A stretch of 64,000 nt of DNA, from assembly GCA_963813715.1 (NCBI GenBank), contig CAWFAK010000007.1:352001-416000 (forward strand). The letters are read 5' to 3'. Below are positions 55,738-64,000 of the stretch, one piece after another. Within the stretch, counting starts at the first letter, position 1. Each line of letters starts with the position of its first letter. A model generated the notes under the pieces. That model was not told the origin of the DNA, made no database searches, and was given only the letters and a program-made list of their open reading frames with translations. This DNA comes from an uncultured Planctomycetaceae bacterium (GTDB taxonomy: Bacteria; Planctomycetota; Planctomycetia; Planctomycetales; Planctomycetaceae). The position numbers and the translations under genes were made by a program.

Positions 55738-56658
55738 ATGGAGACGCAGGAACGAGACCTCCGCAGCACGGGCATCGCACACACCTCGATTCACCGAGTC
55801 GAAGCAGACGGTGTGAACGTCTTCTATCGCGAAGCCGGCCCGCAAAATGCCCCGGTGCTGCTGCTGTTGCACGGCTTCCCCACGTCGTCGTTCCAATACC
55901 GCGAACTCATTCCGCGCTTGGCCGGCCCCTATCGGGTCATCGCGCCTGACCTGCCGGGCTTCGGCTTCACCGAAGTGCCCGAGTCGCGGCAGTATCGCTA
56001 CACGTTCGACGCGCTGGCCCAGACCATTCTCGCCTTCACCGACGCGCTCGACCTGCGGCACTACGGCCTCTATGTCTTCGACTACGGGGCACCGACCGGT
56101 TTTCGCCTGGCGATGGCGCGGCCCGCTTCGGTGACGGCCATCGTGTCGCAGAACGGCAACGCTTATGAGGAGGGCCTGGGCGATGCCTGGGCTCCCATTC
56201 GCCGGTACTGGAACGAACCGACGTCCGAGAATCGCGAACGGATCCGCAAGGCCCTGACCCCAGCCGGCATTCAACGCGAGTATTCGGTGGGCATTCCCGA
56301 TCCCGACCTCATCGCGCCGGAGGGCTACACGCTCGATGCCGCTCTGATCGGACGGCCCGGCAACGCCGACATTCAACTCGACTTGTTTCTGGACTACGCG
56401 AACAACGTGAAACTCTACCCGGCGTTCCAAAACTATTTTCGCGTGTCCCAGCCCCCACTCTTAGCAATCTGGGGACAGCGAGACCTGTATTTCGTTCCGG
56501 CCGGTGCGGAGGCGTTCAAACGCGACATTCCCAAAGCCCTTGTGCAGTTTTTGGACACCGGGCACTTCGCTCTGGAAACGCACGTCGAGGAGGTCGCCGT
56601 GGCGGTGCGGCGATTTTTGGCCCAGGCCCTGGCGGCAAGCATGCCCTGTTGTCACTAA
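55738..56658 (+). CDS. Alpha/beta fold hydrolase
   Basis: LLLHGFP, APDLPGFG, FDYGAP, TGHFALE. Confidence 0.92.
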   Translation: METQERDLRSTGIAHTSIHRVEADGVNVFYREAGPQNAPVLLLLHGFPTSSFQYRELIPRLAGPYRVIAPDLPGFGFTEVPESRQYRYTFDALAQTILAFTDALDLRHYGLYVFDYGAPTGFRLAMARPASVTAIVSQNGNAYEEGLGDAWAPIRRYWNEPTSENRERIRKALTPAGIQREYSVGIPDPDLIAPEGYTLDAALIGRPGNADIQLDLFLDYANNVKLYPAFQNYFRVSQPPLLAIWGQRDLYFVPAGAEAFKRDIPKALVQFLDTGHFALETHVEEVAVAVRRFLAQALAASMPCCH

Positions 56659-56735
56659 TAGGCCGCACGTGGACGCAGTCGGCAATCGCAGGTTTTTGAT
56701 CCCGCAATCGTCTATCACGCTGAAGGAAAGCACCG

Positions 56736-57906
56736 ATGAGTTCCGTTGATCGACGCCAGTCCCTGGGAGCGACTTTTGCCGCCTCGGCGGCCGGGCTGGT
56801 CGCGACATCGACTGCCACGGCCGGCGACACGAGCTTTTCCAACAACGTCCCCGACCCGCTCTTGTCGGGACACGAGCTGCCGACGTTCAAATTCGCCCTG
56901 GAAAAATCCGAGGGCAAAGTCATCGGCAACAGCTATCGGCAAGGAAGCCACGGTCGTGCAGTTGCCAATCTCGAAGGGCATTGCCGGCGTGTCGATGAAG
57001 CTCGAGCCGGGGGCCATGCGCGAGCTGCACTGGCATGCGACGGCCGCCGAATGGGCGTTCGTGCTCAGTGGTCGCGTGCGGACGACCGTGATCGAACCCG
57101 AAGGCTTCGCGGAAACGAACGACTTCGAGCCGGGCGACGTCTGGTACTTTCCCCGCGGCCACGGGCACATGCTGGAGTGCTTGGGCACCGAGCCGTGCCA
57201 TTTCATCCTGATCTTCGACAACGGCTATTTTTCGGAGTTCGGCACGTTCAGCATCAGCGATTGGGTGGGCCACACGCCCAAGCCGCTCTTGGCCAAGAAT
57301 TTTGGCCTCCCCGAAACGTCGTTCGACGGCTTTCCGAAGGAAGAAGTCTACTTCGCCCGCGGCGAGGTGCCCCCGGCGACTCCCCAGCCGCCGCTGCAGG
57401 GCTGGAAGCTGCCGCCGCTCACGCACAAGTATCAGCTCCTGTCGCAACCGCCGCACCGCGTCTTCAAAGGCGGACGCGAGTGGCGCGTCGACTCGTCGTC
57501 GTTTCCCATCTCGAAAACCGTCACCGGCGTGGTTCTGGAGCTGGAGCCGGGTGGTCTCCGCGAACTGCATTGGCATCCGACCGCGGACGAATGGGATTAC
57601 GTCATCGAGGGGAACCTGAGCATCACCCTGTTCGGCTCACACGGCCGATTCCGGACCGAAGTTTTGGAAAAGGGCGACGTCAGCTACATCCCGCAGGGGT
57701 ACGGGCATTCCCTCGAGAACGTGGGCAACAAGCCGTGCCGCGTGCTGATCGGGTTCAACACGGGCGTTTACGCCACGATCGATTTGTCGCAGTGGATCGC
57801 GGGCAATCCGCTCGACGTGCTGGCGACCAACTTCAGCAAGCCGGCCTCGCTCTTCGAGAAGTTTCCGCACAAGGACGTCTTTATCGCCGACAAGGACGGA
57901 CACTGA
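56736..57906 (+). CDS. Oxalate decarboxylase-family bicupin with Tat-like signal (frameshift near 56935)
   Basis: Two RELHWH..A.EW cupin motifs, GDVWYFPRGHGH, FSEFGTF lid; N-terminal DRRQSL. Confidence 0.88.
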
Positions 57907-57976
57907 GCCGGCAGGCACTCAGTTTGCTCCAATCGCGGGCGTCGAACGACGGGGGAATTGCAAGGAGGAGTCAGTC

Positions 57977-58951
57977 GTGTCCGAACAGATCCCATCGAGA
58001 ACGCTCGGGCGCACTGGGGTGAAAGTTTCGGCCCTCGGCCTGGGCGGCCATCACCTGGGCGACGTGGCAACGATCGACGACGCCGTCGAACTTGTGCACG
58101 AGGCGCTCGACGCCGGCATCACCTTCTTCGACAACTGCTGGGAGTATTACGACGGCCGCTCGGAAGACTGGCTGGGACGCGGCCTCAAGGGGCGACGCGA
58201 CCAGGCCTTCGTGATGACCAAGGTCTGCACGCACGGCCGCAGCGCCGCTTTGGCGATGACCATGCTCGAACAGTCGCTCCGCCGGCTGCAGACCGATCAT
58301 CTCGACCTCTGGCAAATCCATGACATGGCCTTCGACAACGACCCCGAGCTGGCCTACGCGCCCGGCGGCGTGATCGAGGCGCTCGACAAGGCCAAGCAGC
58401 AAGGCAAGACCCGCTTCGTCGGCTTCACCGGGCACAAGAACCCGGCCGTTCATCTCAAGATGCTCGAGCTGGGCTACGCGTTCGACACGGTGCAGATGCC
58501 GCTCAATGCCTTCGACGCCAATTTTCACAGCTTCGAGCAGCACGTACTGCCGGAAGTGAATCGGCGGGGAATGGGCGCGCTCGGCATGAAGAGCTTCGGC
58601 GGGACGGCCTGGTCGATCAAGCGCGGCGTGGTCAAACCGGAGGAATTGCTCCGCTACGCGATGAGCCTGCCGGTCACCGTCACCATCAGCGGCATGGACT
58701 CGCTGGCCGTGCTGCGGCAAAACCTGAAAGTGGCCCGCGGCTTCACGCCCCTGTCACCTCAGGAGATGCAGGCGCTTCGCGATCGGTGTGCGCCGTTTGC
58801 GGCGGACGGCCGCTTCGAGCCCTACAAGGTTTCGCTGATGTTCGACAATCCCGAGGCCCGCCAGGCGCACGGCTTCCCCCTCGACCCCAATAATAAAGAA
58901 GTCAAAGAGATGTTTCGCCTGGTCGCGGGAGGCACGCCTTCGCAGAAGTGA
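57977..58951 (+). CDS. Aldo/keto reductase (cytoplasmic)
   Basis: LGRTGVKVSALGLGG, FFDNCWEY, SLRRLQTDHLDLWQIH. Confidence 0.92.
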   Translation: MSEQIPSRTLGRTGVKVSALGLGGHHLGDVATIDDAVELVHEALDAGITFFDNCWEYYDGRSEDWLGRGLKGRRDQAFVMTKVCTHGRSAALAMTMLEQSLRRLQTDHLDLWQIHDMAFDNDPELAYAPGGVIEALDKAKQQGKTRFVGFTGHKNPAVHLKMLELGYAFDTVQMPLNAFDANFHSFEQHVLPEVNRRGMGALGMKSFGGTAWSIKRGVVKPEELLRYAMSLPVTVTISGMDSLAVLRQNLKVARGFTPLSPQEMQALRDRCAPFAADGRFEPYKVSLMFDNPEARQAHGFPLDPNNKEVKEMFRLVAGGTPSQK

Positions 58952-58965
58952 CACGGAAGGACCAA

Positions 58966-60045
58966 ATGGACCAGCCACAACAAGAGTCGCAGCGAGAATC
59001 GTCCGGGACGTGGGTCACCGATCGGCGAGAATTCCTGGCACACGCCGCGGCGGCTGCCGGGGGAACCGTGTTGGCAGGAGCCGCTGCATCTCGCTCGACG
59101 GCCGGGCCCAACGACGCCGTGCCGGATCGCATCCCGCAGCGCGCCTTCGGCAAATCGAGCGACAAAGTTTCGATCCTCGGCCTGGGCGGCTACACGCTCG
59201 GACAGGCGGCTTCCTACGACGTCGCTGAGCAAATCGTGCGCGAGGCGCTCGAGGCCGGCGTGACGTTCTTCGACAACGCCTGGGAGTATCACCAAGGCAA
59301 GAGCGAAGAATGGATGGGCAAGGCGCTCAAAGGTCGCCGCGACGGCGTCTTCTTGATGACCAAAGTCTGCACGCACGGTCGGGACAAGAAAACCGCCCTG
59401 CGGCAGCTCGACGATTCGCTGCGACGGCTGCAGACCGACCATCTCGATCTGTGGCAAGTGCACGAAGTCATTTACCACAACGACCCCGAAATGATTTACG
59501 CCCGCGACGGCGTGCTCGAGGCGCTGACCGAGGCCAAGCAGCAGGGCAAGACCCGCTACGTCGGCTTCACCGGCCACAAGGATCCGATCATCCATCTCGA
59601 CATGCTCGCGCGGGGTTACCCGTTCGACGCGGTGCAAATGCCCCTCAACTGCTTCGACGCCACGTTTCGCAGCTTCGAAAAGCACGTTCTGCCCGAGGTC
59701 AACCGCCGGGGAATGGCGGCGCTCGGCATGAAGAGCATGGGGGGCGGCGGCGAGCCGTTGCTGCAGGGAGCGGTGACGCCCGAAGAAGCGCTCCGCTATG
59801 CGCTGAGCCTGCCGGTCACCGTCACGATCAGCGGCATCGACGCGGTCTCGGTGCTGCGACAGAACGTCGCGATTGCCCGCGGCTTCACGCCGCTCCGCGA
59901 GCCCGAGCTGCAGGCGCTCCGCGATCGGTGTGCCGCGGTGGCCGCCGACGGGCACCTGGAACTCTACAAAACGACCCTGAAGTACGACGGGGACGTGGGC
60001 CGCGAACAGCACGGTTATCCCACGCCCAAAGAATTGCCTCTCTAG
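58966..60045 (+). CDS. Aldo/keto reductase with Tat signal
   Basis: TDRREFL Tat motif; FFDNAWEY, SLRRLQTDHLDLWQVH. Confidence 0.92.
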   Translation: MDQPQQESQRESSGTWVTDRREFLAHAAAAAGGTVLAGAAASRSTAGPNDAVPDRIPQRAFGKSSDKVSILGLGGYTLGQAASYDVAEQIVREALEAGVTFFDNAWEYHQGKSEEWMGKALKGRRDGVFLMTKVCTHGRDKKTALRQLDDSLRRLQTDHLDLWQVHEVIYHNDPEMIYARDGVLEALTEAKQQGKTRYVGFTGHKDPIIHLDMLARGYPFDAVQMPLNCFDATFRSFEKHVLPEVNRRGMAALGMKSMGGGGEPLLQGAVTPEEALRYALSLPVTVTISGIDAVSVLRQNVAIARGFTPLREPELQALRDRCAAVAADGHLELYKTTLKYDGDVGREQHGYPTPKELPL

Positions 60046-60115
60046 CTGTGCCGCGTCGTTTCAATATTTAAGAGAAGTATCCAGGGCCAAAACTCTTCAA
60101 TTGGGAGCCTCTGCC

Positions 60116-60559
60116 ATGAAACGCACCCTCTGGTCATTGATCCCGATTCTGATCCTGGCCGTCCTGAGTAGCGGCGACCGGACCACTCCGGCCGCGCAGA
60201 CTCCGCACGAGCACGGCGGCGCCTTTGCCAACTGCGCGAAGGCCTGCGCGGAGTGCATGAATTCGTGTGCCTCGTGTTATCACCACTGTGCGAGCCTGGT
60301 GACCGAAGGCCACAAAGACCACGCCAAGACGATGACATTGTGCAACGATTGCGCGGAGGTTTGCGCGACGGCCGCCAAACTCACGTCCCGGCACAGCCCG
60401 TTTGCCGGCGTCATTTGCGAAGCGTGCGCGAAGACCTGCGATGACTGCGCGGCCGCCTGCGGCGCCTTCCCCGACGACCAGCACATGGCCGCCTGCGCCA
60501 AAGCTTGCCGCGAATGCGCCGCGGCCTGCCGCGAGATGATTCATCACACCTCCGGCTGA
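60116..60559 (+). CDS. Four-helix-bundle copper storage protein (Csp/DUF326)
   Basis: 18 Cys in CxxxC/CxxC spacing; N-terminal signal-like segment. Confidence 0.9.
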   Translation: MKRTLWSLIPILILAVLSSGDRTTPAAQTPHEHGGAFANCAKACAECMNSCASCYHHCASLVTEGHKDHAKTMTLCNDCAEVCATAAKLTSRHSPFAGVICEACAKTCDDCAAACGAFPDDQHMAACAKACRECAAACREMIHHTSG

Positions 60560-60686
60560 CCCGACGCCCTTCGCTCGCAAGTTCCTTTCGTAGCCGACGT
60601 CAGATCGGCTGCTACACTGTCTGCGCCCGCTCGGGCGATCCAAAACGCTCTCGATCGCAGGCTCACTCCGCCAAAGGAAAAAACGC

Positions 60687-62411
60687 ATGTCCTATACCGT
60701 GGCCCAGCAGCTCGTCGACACGCTGATCAAGGCCGGCGTCCAGCGGATCTATGGCATCGTCGGAGACAGCCTCAACCCGGTGACGGACGCGCTCCGCCGC
60801 AGCAAGAAAATCCAGTGGGTGCACGTGCGACATGAAGAGACGGCGGCCTTCGCGGCCGGAGCCGAAGCCCAGCTCACCGGCCGACTGGCGGTTTGCGCGG
60901 GGAGCTGCGGCCCCGGCAACTTGCATCTCATCAACGGCCTGTTCGACGCCCACCGGAGCCTGGCCCCAGTGCTCGCGCTGGCCGCGCACATTCCCAGCTC
61001 GGAGGTCGGCACCGGCTACTTCCAGGAGACGCACCCGGACCAGCTGTTCCGCGAATGCAGCCACTATTGCGAACTCATCGCCAACCCCAAGCAAATGCCC
61101 CGCGTGCTGCAATCGGCCATGCAACATGCCGTGAGCAAACAGGGAGTGTCGCTGGTCGCGCTCTCGGGCGACGTGGCCGGAATGGAAGCCTCGTCCCACG
61201 TCGTGCCCGGCATCGCGACCGAAGAGCCCGTCATCCGGCCGGCCGACGGCGACCTGTCGCGTCTGGCCGACCTGCTTAATAAGGGCCGGGTGACCATCTT
61301 CTGCGGGGCCGGCTGCGCGGGCGCCCATGCCGAAGTCGTGGCCCTGGCGGAGAAACTCAAGGCACCGGTCGGCTACAGCTTCCGTGGCAAGGAATGGGTC
61401 GAGTACGACAATCCCTACGCCGTCGGCATGACCGGCCTTTTGGGCTGGGGCTCGGCCTACCAGGCGATGCACGGCTGCGAAGTCCTGCTGCTGTTGGGCA
61501 CGGACTTTCCCTACGAAGCGTTCATGCCCACCGCGCCGACCATCGTTCAGGTCGACATACGCCCCGAGCGGCTCGGCCGCCGCTCCAAGCTCGATCTGGG
61601 TCTCTGCGGCGACGTGGGCGATACGATCCGCGCCTTGCTGCCGCTGCTCAAGGGAAAGTCCGATCGCACGTTTCTCGACACGATGCTCGAACATCGCAAG
61701 ACGGCCGAGCACAAGCTCCGCGCCTACGTCGACCAGGTCAGCACCCGCCGGCCAATTCACCCCGAGTCCGTGGCCGCGACCGTGGACGAGTTCGCCGGCG
61801 AAGACGCCGTGTTCACCGTCGACACGGGGATGTGCGCCGTCTGGGGCGCCCGGTATCTGCACGCCGCCAAGGCCCGTCGTATTCTGGGTTCGTTCAATCA
61901 TGGCTCGATGGCGAATGCCCTGCCCCAGGCGATCGGCGCTCAAGCGGCGTTTCCCCAGCGGCCGGTGATCTCTTTTTCCGGCGACGGCGGACTGGCGATG
62001 ATGATGGGCGAACTGCTCACGGTCGCCCAATACAAGTTGCCAGTGAAGATCGTCGTCTTCAACAACGGCCGGCTGGGGATGGTGCAGCTCGAAATGGAGG
62101 CCGCGGGGCTGCCTCATTACGGCTGCGACTTGGTGAATCCGAACTTCGCGGCACTCGCTCAGGCGATCGGACTTACGGGGATTCGGGTCGAGGATCCGCA
62201 GGAGGTCCGCCCGGCCATCGAAAAAGCCATGGCGGCCAGCGGGCCGGTGGTCGTCGACGTGGTGACCGACCCGGACGTCCTCAGCATGCCCCCCAAGGCG
62301 ACGATCCAGCAGGCCGAGGGGTTCGCTTTGGCCATGACCCGCATGACCTTCGCGGGCGAAGCGAAAGATGTTCTCGAAACCGTCATGGCAAACTGGAAGG
62401 CGATCACTTGA
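60687..62411 (+). CDS. poxB: Pyruvate:quinone oxidoreductase (TPP-dependent)
   Basis: GIVGDSLN, VRHEETAAFAA, GSCGPGNLHL, HGSMANALPQAIG, SGDGG..NN. Confidence 0.9.
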   Translation: MSYTVAQQLVDTLIKAGVQRIYGIVGDSLNPVTDALRRSKKIQWVHVRHEETAAFAAGAEAQLTGRLAVCAGSCGPGNLHLINGLFDAHRSLAPVLALAAHIPSSEVGTGYFQETHPDQLFRECSHYCELIANPKQMPRVLQSAMQHAVSKQGVSLVALSGDVAGMEASSHVVPGIATEEPVIRPADGDLSRLADLLNKGRVTIFCGAGCAGAHAEVVALAEKLKAPVGYSFRGKEWVEYDNPYAVGMTGLLGWGSAYQAMHGCEVLLLLGTDFPYEAFMPTAPTIVQVDIRPERLGRRSKLDLGLCGDVGDTIRALLPLLKGKSDRTFLDTMLEHRKTAEHKLRAYVDQVSTRRPIHPESVAATVDEFAGEDAVFTVDTGMCAVWGARYLHAAKARRILGSFNHGSMANALPQAIGAQAAFPQRPVISFSGDGGLAMMMGELLTVAQYKLPVKIVVFNNGRLGMVQLEMEAAGLPHYGCDLVNPNFAALAQAIGLTGIRVEDPQEVRPAIEKAMAASGPVVVDVVTDPDVLSMPPKATIQQAEGFALAMTRMTFAGEAKDVLETVMANWKAIT

Positions 62412-62540
62412 GCAAACGTGACGACTTGGCAGTCGCACCCTCCCCAGAATTTGACTTTGGGCGAGCATGGCGCATGTTGCTGGAAGAAACTGCGCCAGCG
62501 ATCGCCGCGCGTCGGCGGCCCGTTGCTTGGGGGGAGTTCG

Positions 62541-63076
62541 ATGCCTGGAGTCGGCACGAAGGTCGGAAGCCAGACAGGCCGCAGAAGCCAAACAGCTGGA
62601 ACGGCGGGAATTATTTTGTTCTCCGTCGCGGTCGGTGTGATGGCTCTTTTCACATTGTTGTTGGCGGTTTCCGACGCCCGCTCGCGTGCCGAGCGACAGG
62701 CCGAGACGCAGACGGCAGCGAACGCAGCTGCGGCGGGCGCGGTGGCCGATCTCCCCAAAGGAACAGCCGCGGTGCTCCGCTCGGCGGGTCGAATCCTGGG
62801 ATCGCAAAAGGTCGAGGGCCTGCCGGGGCGATTCGGAGCCCAGGCCATCCAGGTCGGCCATTGGGATGCGGGCCGGCCAGTCGTTCGCGACCGGCGCGGG
62901 AGCGCCGAATGCCGTGCGAGTCACGGTCCGATTGAGCGACGAGCGGACTCTGTGCGCCCTGTTCCTGGGGAGCCGAACCGAATCGCCGATCGAAGCCAGC
63001 GCCCGTCGCCCTGCTGGATACCGCGGGTCATCCGGTCGTCGCCGCAGTCTCCGCGAAGACTACCGCCACTCGCTGA
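62541..63076 (+). CDS. Orphan TadG-like pseudopilin (frameshifts near 62873 and 63003)
   Basis: GGGGAG RBS; hydrophobic helix, QTAANAAAAGA, IQVGHWD, PNAVRVTV. Confidence 0.65.
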
Positions 63077-63282
63077 CCGCCCCTTTTGCCCAGCCCGCCG
63101 CAAATCTCGCCGGCGTCTTCACACTCGGACCTAAAACGAGTGGCAACCAACGCTTGGCAACTTCGTTTGCCCACGCGGCGAATCCGTTCACTCCCCCACT
63201 CAGTTGGCGCACTGCCGCGGCGCGGATCAAATAACTGCCGGAAGCCATTCTTGGGGGCCTTCAACAACAGGAGATTTCGACC

Positions 63283-63801
63283 ATGGTCAAGAACGCTGCA
63301 CCACCCGCCAAAATCGCCAAGGCCTTGGCAACGCCCACCGATCTGAGCCGTGACGGCGTCGAAGAGATCTGCGAGGAGTTGCGCAAGCTCCTGGCCGACG
63401 TGTTCGCCCTCTATCTGAAGACCAAGAATTTTCACTGGCATATGACGGGCCCGCATTTTCGCGATTATCACCTCCTGCTCGACGAGCATTCCGAGCAGAT
63501 CTTCGCCATGACCGACGACATCGCCGAACGGGCCCGCAAGATCGGCGGGACCACGCTGCATTCGATCGGCGAAATCGCCCGCGAACAGCGGATCGAGGAC
63601 AACAACAAAGACTTCGTCCCGCCGCTGGACATGCTGGCCGAGCTGTCGGACGACAATCAGCAACTGACCCGCGCGATGCGGGCCACCCACGAAGTCTGCG
63701 ACCGTCACAACGACATCGCCACAGCCAGCCTGCTGGAAAACTGGATCGACGAAACCGAACGACGGACTTGGTTCCTGTCCGAGACCGTGAACGCCCGCTA
63801 G
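63283..63801 (+). CDS. dps: DNA starvation/stationary-phase protection protein
   Basis: KTKNFHWHMTGPHFRDYHLLLDE, DDIAERAR, ETERRTWFL. Confidence 0.95.
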   Translation: MVKNAAPPAKIAKALATPTDLSRDGVEEICEELRKLLADVFALYLKTKNFHWHMTGPHFRDYHLLLDEHSEQIFAMTDDIAERARKIGGTTLHSIGEIAREQRIEDNNKDFVPPLDMLAELSDDNQQLTRAMRATHEVCDRHNDIATASLLENWIDETERRTWFLSETVNAR

Positions 63802-64000
63802 CCGGCTCGAAAACGGACATACGCTGCCGCCGGACGGTTGCCGTGCGCCCGCATCGGTCCCTCGCGACGTTCCACGATGACTGCGCGGTCACGCTGATCG
63901 AGCGGGTGGATCGCCACCGGCGTCCGGCCAGTGTTTGCGCCATCGCTTGGGCTGCTCACGTTCGCGGCGTGACGGATCGGGGTCAACCGGGACTCGAATG

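Noticed and set aside
60663..62924. 753-aa - strand ORF
   Set aside because: Antisense shadow of poxB.
63140..63172. Sigma54 promoter before dps (TGGCAAC...TTGC)
   Set aside because: GG-to-GC spacing is 11, not the required 10; an indel cannot be excluded but there is no other support.

Overview
GC-rich bacterial chromosome, most likely Planctomycetota (inferred from DUF1501, DUF1080 and DUF1269 genes and ACCCGAAGCGTCAGCGAGGG-type REPs). About 25 single-base frameshifts break otherwise intact genes, including katG, tolC and the secretin, so I treat them as long-read errors and give repaired gene spans. 0.3-13.6 kb (minus) is a complete Tad/Flp pilus operon. Its upstream region is the best candidate for an undescribed system: a TTGACA-17-CATAAT promoter has a perfect 7-1-7 palindrome over its start site, faces a divergent Fur-family regulator, and first transcribes a DUF2946/CruR-like leader (hydrophobic N-terminus, His cluster, CxxC, C-terminal G-P-R-P-P-P) ahead of an unusually long Flp pilin. 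This suggests a metal-controlled pilus with transcriptional and ribosome-stalling control (inference). The rest holds a beta-barrel porin, an HlyD/MFS/TolC efflux set, a secreted ankyrin protein, a 3' tRNA-Ser(CGA) fragment next to a porin-gene relic, a duplicated ~99-bp leader, two HEPN-like genes, katG, a CocE/D-aminoacylase fusion, a RAYT transposase with covarying REPs, two related GGGAC-rich non-coding elements, class I aldolase, NDH-2, and a stress cluster (oxalate decarboxylase, two aldo/keto reductases, copper storage protein, pyruvate oxidase, Dps). No CRISPR array, rRNA or intact tRNA was seen. Family assignments are from motif recognition by eye; no searches were run.
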